Below are positions 57,114-64,000 of a stretch of 64,000 bases of DNA, one piece after another. The notes beneath the pieces were generated by a model. That model searched no databases and was not told the DNA's origin. It was given only the letters and a program-made list of their open reading frames with translations. The stretch lies in sequence record OP558005.1, one strand, 5' to 3'. This DNA is from Klebsiella phage vB_KpnM_VPA32. Made by a program: the position numbers and the translations under genes. The stretch's first letter is position 1, and the number at the start of each line of letters is the position of its first letter.

Positions 57114-57770
57114 ATGACCCAGAGAACACCACTACCAGGAATATCTGACATTTTATTTGGTGTTCTAGACAGACTCTTCAAAGATAACGCGACCGGGAGG
57201 GTACTTGCTTCCCGGGTTGTTGCGCTTGTAGTTGTTTTCATTCTTTCACTTACATGGTATCGTTTAGATTCTATTATGCAAGTGTGGAAAGAGTCTCGTT
57301 ACGAGACGTACACTAAAGTCCTGCAACAAGATAAAGAGGCTAAATTTGAAGCATCAGCTCTAGAACAACTACAGATAGCTCACGTTTCGAGCAATGCAGA
57401 TTTTTCCGCAATTTACTCATTTAGACCACGCAACTTAAATTACTTTGTGGATTTAATTGCATATGAAGGGCGACTGCCTAGCGCAGTCAATGAAAAAAAT
57501 TTGGGAGGATTTCCAGTTGATAAGACTTCAAACGAATATTCTGCTCATTTGAGAGGTGCATATTTCTCTTCTGAGAATGAATTTGTTTTCTTGCCAACTA
57601 AGAAAAAGGATGGGGAGTTGAAGTACATGTACTCGTGCCCGTACTTCAACCTGGACAACGTTTATGCCGGAACAGTTTCCATGTACTGGTATAGCAAACC
57701 ACTCTTAAATGAAAATAGATTGGCTGCAATTTGTAGTCAAGCCGCTAGAACTTTAGGAAGAGCCAAGTAA
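57114..57770 (+). CDS. t: holin T
   Basis: 218 aa, the same length as T4 T. Close to T4 throughout (..SDILFGVLDRLFKDNATG.VLASRV.., ..CPYFNLDN.YAGT..MYWY.., ..C.QAAR.LGRAK). Confidence 0.9.
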   Translation: MTQRTPLPGISDILFGVLDRLFKDNATGRVLASRVVALVVVFILSLTWYRLDSIMQVWKESRYETYTKVLQQDKEAKFEASALEQLQIAHVSSNADFSAIYSFRPRNLNYFVDLIAYEGRLPSAVNEKNLGGFPVDKTSNEYSAHLRGAYFSSENEFVFLPTKKKDGELKYMYSCPYFNLDNVYAGTVSMYWYSKPLLNENRLAAICSQAARTLGRAK

Positions 57771-57778
57771 CAAGGATG

Positions 57779-58051
57779 TTACGGCTTACTGTACATCATC
57801 ATATAACGATATACCGATTCAAAACCTTCATTAAACTCTTCAACCAGCTGCTGTTTCTCTTCAGCTGTCATTTCTTCAATCATTTTACGGAAGTTACTCT
57901 GATTCAGAGGACGACCTAAATCATTCTTAATTCCAATCTCGTTCAAAAATGCAATAAAATGTTCGCGTTTTTCAAGAATGTGTTCAGAACCAAATTTAAT
58001 CAATACAGAAGCCACAGTAACAATTTCACGAACAATTTCAATTTTAGACAT
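57779..58051 (-). CDS. asiA: anti-sigma70 protein AsiA
   Basis: 90 aa, the same length as T4 AsiA. Resembles T4 (..VREI.TVAS.LIKF.., ..NFIAFLNEIG.., ..L..EFNEGFE.VYRY...Y.). Confidence 0.9.
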   Translation of the reverse strand: MSKIEIVREIVTVASVLIKFGSEHILEKREHFIAFLNEIGIKNDLGRPLNQSNFRKMIEEMTAEEKQQLVEEFNEGFESVYRYMMMYSKP

Positions 58052-58084
58052 ATCAAGTATTTCCTACGACTTAATGGATTGAGA

Positions 58085-58118
58085 TTATAATAACATAGTC
58101 AACGGAGAATGTAAACGG
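58085..58118 (-). promoter_or_regulatory. early promoter for asiA
   Basis: Minus strand reads GACCGTTTACattctccgttgactatgtTATTATaa. Confidence 0.5.
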
Positions 58119-58376
58119 TCAGTTCACTACTTCCCAACGTTGAAGTACGTGGCCTGGCAAAGTTACATATTCGTCACCAGAGTCATAGCGAATGGCGTAG
58201 CGACCATCAATCAACTCAGCTGATATATACCATTCGGCTCCTACTACACGAACCCTACGTTTCATCCAGTGACAAATATCCATGGCCTCTTTATAGCTGT
58301 AATCTACCATGTCACCAAGAGCAAGTTTATTCATCATTCCTTCAAGATAGCGTTGAATCTCTACTGTCTGGTTCAT
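58119..58376 (-). CDS. hypothetical protein
   Basis: 85-aa ORF. Confidence 0.4.
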   Translation of the reverse strand: MNQTVEIQRYLEGMMNKLALGDMVDYSYKEAMDICHWMKRRVRVVGAEWYISAELIDGRYAIRYDSGDEYVTLPGHVLQRWEVVN

Positions 58377-58726
58377 TAAATTTTCTCATAATTAATTTGC
58401 AATTCAAATTCATCAGCAACACCTTTGAGGAATTGATAACCTTGCATGACATCAGAAACACTACGTTTAGAGCTTACAGTAAAATAACAAAATGTTTCTT
58501 CGCTTGCTTTTATTTCACAATGAGTAAGCAGAGATTCTGGGTGATTAACCGCGCTGACGAATTTTTGAAAAGTCGTATTTTCAAAATATTTCCAAGAGCA
58601 GTCTTGCTCTTCTCGGCTCAAAGAGAACCATACAACAAGATGATACACAGGAGTTATAGCATCTACAATACTAGTATGTTCATCCCATGCTTTACGTTCA
58701 GCTTCGATATGAGAAATTTTATTCAT
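58376..58726 (-). CDS. hypothetical protein
   Basis: 116-aa ORF. Confidence 0.4.
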   Translation of the reverse strand: MNKISHIEAERKAWDEHTSIVDAITPVYHLVVWFSLSREEQDCSWKYFENTTFQKFVSAVNHPESLLTHCEIKASEETFCYFTVSSKRSVSDVMQGYQFLKGVADEFELQINYEKI

Positions 58727-58997
58727 AGTATCCTTCCGTCATTTCATCAATGATATTGTCAATATGAGCAATAGCATCTTCAATTCGTTTATCGGAAATT
58801 GCTACGATTTCAAATGTACCATTCAAAAACATGCGAATGATAAAATCATTGTCATTAATATCTGATTTGACATCATTTTCAATTTCACTTAGAGTATCAT
58901 AGAAAATGCCAGTGCCATTAAATTGGTCCTGGAACTCACGAAGTCTTTCACTAGTATAAGTGACGTAAGGTACCATTTTAATTTCAGATGTGCTCAT
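58719..58997 (-). CDS. acidic 92-aa protein, possible Arn-like DNA mimic (tentative)
   Basis: 92 aa, the length of T4 Arn. About 25% of residues are Asp/Glu. It lies in the asiA-motA interval where T4 carries arn. No sequence-level match could be confirmed. Confidence 0.3.
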   Translation of the reverse strand: MSTSEIKMVPYVTYTSERLREFQDQFNGTGIFYDTLSEIENDVKSDINDNDFIIRMFLNGTFEIVAISDKRIEDAIAHIDNIIDEMTEGYYE

Positions 58998-59086
58998 AAC
59001 CTTTTCCCTTATGCTTTTGCTTACGACGAGATTCTTTTTCCTGGCGCTTCATATCTTTATGAGCGCCACCTTTGTTAAAATCATGT

Positions 59087-59392
59087 TTAGCTACTGGATT
59101 GTTCATCTTGTTCCTCTAGTTTCTTAATTTGGCGTTCAAGCTCTTTAATCATTTCAAGGTTAAGCATAACATAGTATTGTGCAAACAATGGCTTAATAGT
59201 TCCGTTCCACCGCCAAGCGTCATTATCAATTGTAAGCTTCTTCACAGCAGCTTCTGACAACCAAGACCAACCAGGTTCGTTTGTTAATGAAGCCCATTGT
59301 TCATGCATCATTTCATTTGCCTTTTTAAGAGCATTGATTTGATTACGCAGAGATTCAATTTGAAGCAACTTAATATTCATTTTCATTTTCAT
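59087..59392 (-). CDS. hypothetical coiled-coil protein
   Basis: 101-aa ORF. Confidence 0.4.
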   Translation of the reverse strand: MKMKMNIKLLQIESLRNQINALKKANEMMHEQWASLTNEPGWSWLSEAAVKKLTIDNDAWRWNGTIKPLFAQYYVMLNLEMIKELERQIKKLEEQDEQSSS

Positions 59393-59775
59393 TAATATAA
59401 ATCCTCGGAGAATAATGTATCAGCAGGGCCACTTTTTACTCGTCGTGTATTAATTTGACCAGCATGAGTTGCAATGATTAATGCTTCTTTACGAGTAAAA
59501 TAATTTCCCCATTGGTCTACAAACCCCTGGTCATCACCATACACCTGTTCAGAAACCACCTTATCACGCATTTGGTCTAACACTAGAGCCATATCTTTTG
59601 AATAATGACGAGTCCCTGGAATAACTAACTCTCCGCCATCTTTTAATTTAAAACGATTAGCTGCGCAGACGATAACTCGTTGAAGTAAACGGCCATCCCA
59701 CCAATCAGCTTTAACGAAACAGATTTCAGGAATTCGTTCGCCGATATTCTGAGTTTCTATTAAATCACCATTCAT
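59392..59775 (-). CDS. hypothetical protein
   Basis: 127-aa ORF with a TAATG junction. Confidence 0.4.
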   Translation of the reverse strand: MNGDLIETQNIGERIPEICFVKADWWDGRLLQRVIVCAANRFKLKDGGELVIPGTRHYSKDMALVLDQMRDKVVSEQVYGDDQGFVDQWGNYFTRKEALIIATHAGQINTRRVKSGPADTLFSEDLY

Positions 59776-60182
59776 TTGAAGAATCCTTTAATTTTCTGCC
59801 ACATAGTTTTTGGTTCACGAATTCCCCAAACACGAAGTTCAGGTTCTTTAACCACTTCGTTAATCCACTCTTCAACTTCTTCCAGCTCTTTCTTTGCGAT
59901 AACGACTGAACATGAATCGATGAAGCGAGCTAATGATTCCATGTAAGTTGCACAATCACCACAGTGACGGCCTAAAGAGCTGTGAACTGCATAGCAACCT
60001 TTGTATTTACGTTCAATGCTACCGAGATGTGTTCCACGGAACCAGACTTCCCATGCATTGGTTGGTAGATGGTATTGGTCTGTCACCTGTTCAGCACAAC
60101 GTTGAAGTTCATTCAAAATTGCTGGACGGTTCATTGACTTTTTGGCGCGTTCAATTTGGGCATTCAGATTGTGCATATTCAT
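59772..60182 (-). CDS. hypothetical His/Cys-containing protein
   Basis: 136-aa ORF carrying H..x..HCGDC. Confidence 0.4.
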   Translation of the reverse strand: MNMHNLNAQIERAKKSMNRPAILNELQRCAEQVTDQYHLPTNAWEVWFRGTHLGSIERKYKGCYAVHSSLGRHCGDCATYMESLARFIDSCSVVIAKKELEEVEEWINEVVKEPELRVWGIREPKTMWQKIKGFFK

Positions 60183-60196
60183 CTTTAATTTCCTTA

Positions 60197-60841
60197 TTAC
60201 AGAGTGTCAACAGCGTGGATGATGTTTTCAATGTTTTCCTGAGTACGTGGAATGTCCAGGTATACATTACCGTTTTTAGAATGTTTAGCAACCATGCCGA
60301 GGTCTTCGAAGTGTTTAACTTGTTCTTCAGTCATTTTGTAACCAGATATACGGAAGTTACCTTTGTTTGATACCTCGAAGCTGCGAATACCGAAAGTGCG
60401 TTTTTCAAGTACCGCGATGAAGTTGCTACGATAAACATCCAGTTTTTTGATTGTGAACAGATTATCTTTAGTAGCCAGAATTTCCATCATCAGATTTTTG
60501 TCTGCTTCCATCTGCTCAGTAATCGGACGAGCCTTACGAGTGTTACGTTTTTCCAGAAGTTCTGGTGCATTTTCTTCTGCGTAGATAACTGCTGCTTCGT
60601 TGATGATTTCTTGACCTTCAGCAGATACAATCAGACCATCACCTGATTTTTCAATCAGATTTTTCTTAATCAGAACACCGATGTTGCTGTTAACTGAAGC
60701 AGCTGAAAGTTTATCTGCCAGAACGTCACGAACTTCAGAAGAAGTGATGAAGTCTTTCTTAGCAACCGCAATCAGAACGTTTGCAGCATTTTCAGAGATA
60801 GAGTTTTCAGAAGCTTTAACGATATAGATTACTTTAGACAT
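60197..60841 (-). CDS. motA: middle-transcription activator MotA (start at MSKVIYIV)
   Basis: Resembles T4 MotA (MSKV.YI.KAS.., ..AKKDFIT..EVR.V.., ..NSNIGVLIKK.L.EKSGDGLI.., ..YA.ENAPELL.). The track ORF is trimmed at an internal Met, downstream of the promoter. Confidence 0.85.
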   Translation of the reverse strand: MSKVIYIVKASENSISENAANVLIAVAKKDFITSSEVRDVLADKLSAASVNSNIGVLIKKNLIEKSGDGLIVSAEGQEIINEAAVIYAEENAPELLEKRNTRKARPITEQMEADKNLMMEILATKDNLFTIKKLDVYRSNFIAVLEKRTFGIRSFEVSNKGNFRISGYKMTEEQVKHFEDLGMVAKHSKNGNVYLDIPRTQENIENIIHAVDTL

Positions 60842-60877
60842 TTTGTTTCTCCAGGTTCCGTATTTGTTTTGATGAGA

Positions 60878-60911
60878 TAATAGTATCATCATTTTAAGCT
60901 GATGTAAACGG
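60878..60911 (-). promoter_or_regulatory. early promoter for motA
   Basis: Minus strand reads AACCGTTTACatcagcttaaaatgatgaTACTATta. Confidence 0.5.
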
Positions 60912-60950
60912 TTAGTTTAGCATCTTCCGAAAAAGATGCTATCAAACAGC

Positions 60951-61235
60951 TTAGCCTCGGAAGAAGTCCGCGAAGAGCTTCTTAGCTTGATTCAGAGTTT
61001 CTGCTACATCTTCAACTTCAGCATCAAGCACTGCAACCATATCATAGTTGTTAACGTACACCCATACCAGTACGTAGTTTTCACTTTCAGTGTTGTACCA
61101 GATTGTCAGATAACTATTGCTATCAGTGTTTGATGAGTGAAGACGAGCAGCATGCATCGTATCATCAAGGTCAACACCTGAGTTAGCCAGTAAAGCATTT
61201 AAGTTATTGATTAAAGTTTCCATGATTTGCTCCAT
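60951..61235 (-). CDS. small acidic hypothetical protein (motA.1 position)
   Basis: 94-aa ORF. Confidence 0.4.
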   Translation of the reverse strand: MEQIMETLINNLNALLANSGVDLDDTMHAARLHSSNTDSNSYLTIWYNTESENYVLVWVYVNNYDMVAVLDAEVEDVAETLNQAKKLFADFFRG

Positions 61236-61250
61236 TTGGTTTTGATAGAG

Positions 61251-61284
61251 CTACTATACCATAAGCAAACGGTGATGTAAACGG
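61251..61284 (-). promoter_or_regulatory. early promoter
   Basis: Minus strand reads AACCGTTTACatcaccgtttgcttatggTATAGTag. Confidence 0.45.
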
Positions 61285-61406
61285 TTGATTGAAAGAATTT
61301 TTAAGGTTAACCAGAACGGTTGAGGGAATGTGGATAGAAAGGATGATTAATTATATGGACTTGGCTCTAGAATTCACTAGAGCCGTGTAGAGTGATACAG
61401 AAGCTC

Positions 61407-62789
61407 TTACAGAGCCTCTAAGTCCTTCATATACTCAGTTTCCGGAGTAGTTTCTTGCCAGTACTTCAGTTCAGCTTTCAAGTCTTTAGCCTGTTGAGCC
61501 AGTTTCTTGGCTTCATCACTTGTGATGTGATAGATGTTCATTGAAACCAACTTATCTGCAAATGGAGCATACGTTGGACGAGATTCAAGTTCAGAAGTCA
61601 GTTGCTTACGAGTTTTACCCTGAATGACAATACTACCTTCAATAACTTCTTTGATGAACATTGCTTTAGCCAAAGCCAGCTTAAACGCTTCATCACATTC
61701 AACGATTTTATGTTCAATTCGTTTAACAATGTAAGTCTTACGAACTTCCACAAAGTGCTTGATGAGTTCAGAAGAGCTTTGGAACTTATCGTTCAACTTT
61801 CCGTTTTCATCAATGACTACGATGAACTGAGACATCTTCTCAACGAGTTTAAAGTCACGCATGATTTTCTCATGACGATACTTTTCGTCGCATTCACCAA
61901 GCATATAATCTTTCTTAAACTTTACTTTAAAGCCAAAACCTGTTTTAGAACAATCATCGACATAAGAGATGAAGTTCTTATCTACCATTGGTTCAAGCAC
62001 TTTTTCTACATAAGTTTCGCGGTCAAACTTAGCTGGAATTTCACTGATGTACATCTGAGACGCAGAAGTGAATTTGTAAAGACCACGACATTCAATTGAC
62101 CCATCTTCAAGACGAACTACTTCACCACGGAATTGTGGAATTTGAACTTCTGGTTCTTTATCCAGCTTTCCTTGAAGAGCCAATTTAGTGCATTCAACTA
62201 CTGATTCAAAACTATGCGGAAGAATCTTAGTAGCATAACCAGTTGCAATTCCCTGCACACCGTTCAAAAGAACAGTTGGAATAATCGGAAGATAAAATGC
62301 AGGTGGAACGTGTTCTTTGTCTTTATGCTCAGGAGCAATTTCAGTATCTTTGTAGACCTTACGGAAATTGTCAGAAATACGACAGAAGATATAACGAGAT
62401 GCTGCCGCTTTTTGCACCAATCGTGAACCGAAGTTACCTTGACCATCCAGAAGAGGATAGTTGTTGTTCCAAGTGTTAGCCATCAATGCACCAGCATCTT
62501 GTGCCGAGCCTTCACCATGGTGATAACCAAGGTCAGCAACACCGCCAGCAACAGAAGCAAGTTTATGGAATTTTTCTTTATTACCACGAGACAAATCTAG
62601 CGCACGAGCAATAACAAATCGCTGAACCGGTTTGAAGCCATCAATTAAGTTAGGAATCGCACGGTTTTCTACTGTGTAGATTGCGAATTCTTTAGCTTCA
62701 TTATCAATGATACTCTGAAGGTCTCTCAAATTGAGCTGACCCATTGAGTCATCAACTTGTTTAGCCATCATGTCAAAAATAGTTGTCAT
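61407..62789 (-). CDS. 52: DNA topoisomerase II medium subunit gp52
   Basis: 460 aa against T4 gp52 at 442 aa. The N-terminal KPVQRF.. resembles the GyrA-like breakage-reunion domain. Confidence 0.85.
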   Translation of the reverse strand: MTTIFDMMAKQVDDSMGQLNLRDLQSIIDNEAKEFAIYTVENRAIPNLIDGFKPVQRFVIARALDLSRGNKEKFHKLASVAGGVADLGYHHGEGSAQDAGALMANTWNNNYPLLDGQGNFGSRLVQKAAASRYIFCRISDNFRKVYKDTEIAPEHKDKEHVPPAFYLPIIPTVLLNGVQGIATGYATKILPHSFESVVECTKLALQGKLDKEPEVQIPQFRGEVVRLEDGSIECRGLYKFTSASQMYISEIPAKFDRETYVEKVLEPMVDKNFISYVDDCSKTGFGFKVKFKKDYMLGECDEKYRHEKIMRDFKLVEKMSQFIVVIDENGKLNDKFQSSSELIKHFVEVRKTYIVKRIEHKIVECDEAFKLALAKAMFIKEVIEGSIVIQGKTRKQLTSELESRPTYAPFADKLVSMNIYHITSDEAKKLAQQAKDLKAELKYWQETTPETEYMKDLEAL

Positions 62790-62795
62790 ATTACC

Positions 62796-62930
62796 CTACC
62801 AGATTAAATTACCGATGTTCATCATAACACGAGCTAGAAAAAGCACTATTTCGCCCATCACATAAACTGCACTGGCTAAAGCGCCTGATAGCAATATTGA
62901 CACACCAATAACACCTAATGCAAGTTTCAT
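62796..62930 (-). CDS. small membrane protein (44 aa, ac-like position)
   Basis: Internal Met of the track ORF. A single hydrophobic helix, LALGVIGVSILLSGALASAVYVMGEIVLFL. Confidence 0.3.
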   Translation of the reverse strand: MKLALGVIGVSILLSGALASAVYVMGEIVLFLARVMMNIGNLIW

Positions 62931-63109
62931 TTTGTTAAACCTGTGTAGTAGAACAAACGTTCTACAGCTAATGCAGCTACACCAAAGCACATGCTTCCAA
63001 TGACTCTTGGCGGAGGGGTTAACCCCTCCCAGATAAAAATACCAGAGGCAATGAACAGCGGAGCCATGAGCAAGAACACCAAAGCCCAAATCTGTTTGAA
63101 TGGACTCAT
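62927..63109 (-). CDS. small membrane protein (60 aa)
   Basis: Starts at MSPFKQIW and has two hydrophobic helices. ATGA overlap with the downstream ORF. Confidence 0.3.
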   Translation of the reverse strand: MSPFKQIWALVFLLMAPLFIASGIFIWEGLTPPPRVIGSMCFGVAALAVERLFYYTGLTK

Positions 63110-63110
63110 A

Positions 63111-63557
63111 TCAATATGCCTGCAGAATAAATTTGAAGTTATCATTCAGCATACGATTCATTTCTTCCAGGTTCTGGTAAGAATCGTTGTGTTTACGAGT
63201 GAATGCCAGAGCCAATTGACCTTTACCAAAGCCAGTAGTCAGAGGCTTCATTTTATCAGCAGGAATGAAATACACGTCGTAAATGACGTTGTTTGAACGC
63301 ATGGTGCGACCAAGCTGAGAACGGCCTTGACGAATCTGAGACAGAACATTCATGAAACCAGACTTAGAACGCTGACGACCAACGTAGAATCGTGCTGCTA
63401 CTGCACGCCAAGCCGATGCACCTTTAACCATGAAGTAAAAGCCAGGTTCAGCCAGAACAGATGGGTCAACATATCCTACAGTTTCGCCATTTTTCACAGA
63501 AACAACATGAGTACCACCAGCTGCCAGAATATCACCACGAGTCATATAATCACGCAT
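63111..63557 (-). CDS. ndd: nucleoid disruption protein Ndd (start at MRDYMT)
   Basis: Resembles T4 Ndd (..PGFYF.V.., ..ARFYVG.QRSK.GF..VLS.IRQ.RSQL.RT...NNV.Y.V...[23 protein letters not shown]...[19 protein letters not shown]). Confidence 0.8.
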   Translation of the reverse strand: MRDYMTRGDILAAGGTHVVSVKNGETVGYVDPSVLAEPGFYFMVKGASAWRAVAARFYVGRQRSKSGFMNVLSQIRQGRSQLGRTMRSNNVIYDVYFIPADKMKPLTTGFGKGQLALAFTRKHNDSYQNLEEMNRMLNDNFKFILQAY

Positions 63558-63594
63558 ATCATTTTCCTCAATCAATTAAAAGTTTATCCTCAAT

Positions 63595-63608
63595 GGGCCC
63601 GAAGGCCC
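63595..63608 (-). terminator. UUCG-tetraloop terminator GGGCCCGAAGGCCC
   Basis: Exact 14-mer. Confidence 0.5.
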
Positions 63609-63612
63609 TGAA

Positions 63613-63819
63613 TTAAAGCTCGGAGCCTTGTTGAGCACCGTTCATCAGAACTTCTGCAACACCTTTCAAACCTTCAGTTTGAATGACATGAACAATTTCA
63701 ACAGTCGCCCAAATGCTAAAACCAATTCCAACAAAAATCATTATAGCTACGATGGAAAAGAAAATCCAGAAAACCTTTTCCATTTTATCCATGCGAGAAC
63801 TATAAACTTTGCGACCCAT
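63613..63819 (-). CDS. small membrane protein
   Basis: 68-aa ORF with one transmembrane helix, WIFFSIVAIMIFVGIGFSIWA. Confidence 0.4.
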   Translation of the reverse strand: MGRKVYSSRMDKMEKVFWIFFSIVAIMIFVGIGFSIWATVEIVHVIQTEGLKGVAEVLMNGAQQGSEL

Positions 63820-64000
63820 AATATTTTCCTCAGAAGTTAATCCATGCCATTACCACATCATGTGCTAAGGCGAACGCGAAAGCTCCAAAAAGAACTAACA
63901 CCAAAGTCATCGTCCATATGGCTTTAAGAATCTTTTTGATGATGTTCATTTTGTTCTCCGTTAGTTGATTTCTAGTCTATAGTATACCATCTAACGGAGG

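Noticed and set aside
62796-63145. Track ORFs of 97 and 72 aa between ndd and gene 52 as full-length proteins
   Set aside because: The N-terminal halves are low-complexity read-through. Only the C-terminal hydrophobic segments, starting at internal Mets with ATGA-type overlaps, look like real small membrane proteins.
1-64000. tRNA genes, CRISPR arrays, integrase or attachment sites
   Set aside because: No cloverleaf-like segments, spacer-repeat arrays or recombinase-like ORFs were seen. The window is a syntenic virulent T4-like segment.

Overview
This window reads as a contiguous segment of a T4-like (Tevenvirinae) myovirus genome, gene-for-gene syntenic with T4. All protein assignments rest on the ORF track, on sequence resemblance to T4 proteins recalled from memory, and on gene order; no database search was run. 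Plus-strand late blocks: head genes 21-22-23-24; baseplate hub 51-27-28-29-48-54; long tail fibre 34-35-36-37-38 and holin t. Minus-strand early/middle blocks: rnlB; hoc and inh; uvsY; 25 and 26; alt; DNA ligase 30; the 30.x small-ORF cluster; rIII; 31; cd; pseT; the spanin pair; alc; rnlA; denA; nrdB and nrdA; td; frd; 32; 59; 33; dsbA; rnh; asiA; motA; 52; ndd. uvsW sits on the plus strand. Signals visible in the sequence: TATAAATA late promoters (two of them bidirectional palindromes); at least ten nearly identical early promoters (AACCGTTTACATC, an exact 18-bp spacer, then TAcTAT) on the minus strand; and a family of GGGCCCGAAGGCCC UUCG-tetraloop terminators. No tRNA, CRISPR, intron or intein was seen; td, nrdB and nrdA are uninterrupted. 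Departures from the T4 layout, as far as I recall it: (1) a DprA/SLOG-like Rossmann-fold ORF coupled to RNA ligase 2; (2) a free-standing GIY-YIG/NUMOD3 homing endonuclease between uvsY and 25; (3) a DUF4326 gene plus two small ORFs between nrdA and td; (4) two tandem paralogous small ORFs between td and frd; (5) a T2-type tail-fibre tip, i.e. gp37 with a C-terminal chaperone-like domain followed by a Gly-rich gp38 adhesin carrying a (GGTGGC)4 repeat; (6) a tandem palindromic 23-bp repeat downstream of gene 32. None of these is a confidently identified new system. The SLOG-like ORF next to rnlB and the td/frd paralog pair are the most likely to be genuinely uncharacterised.
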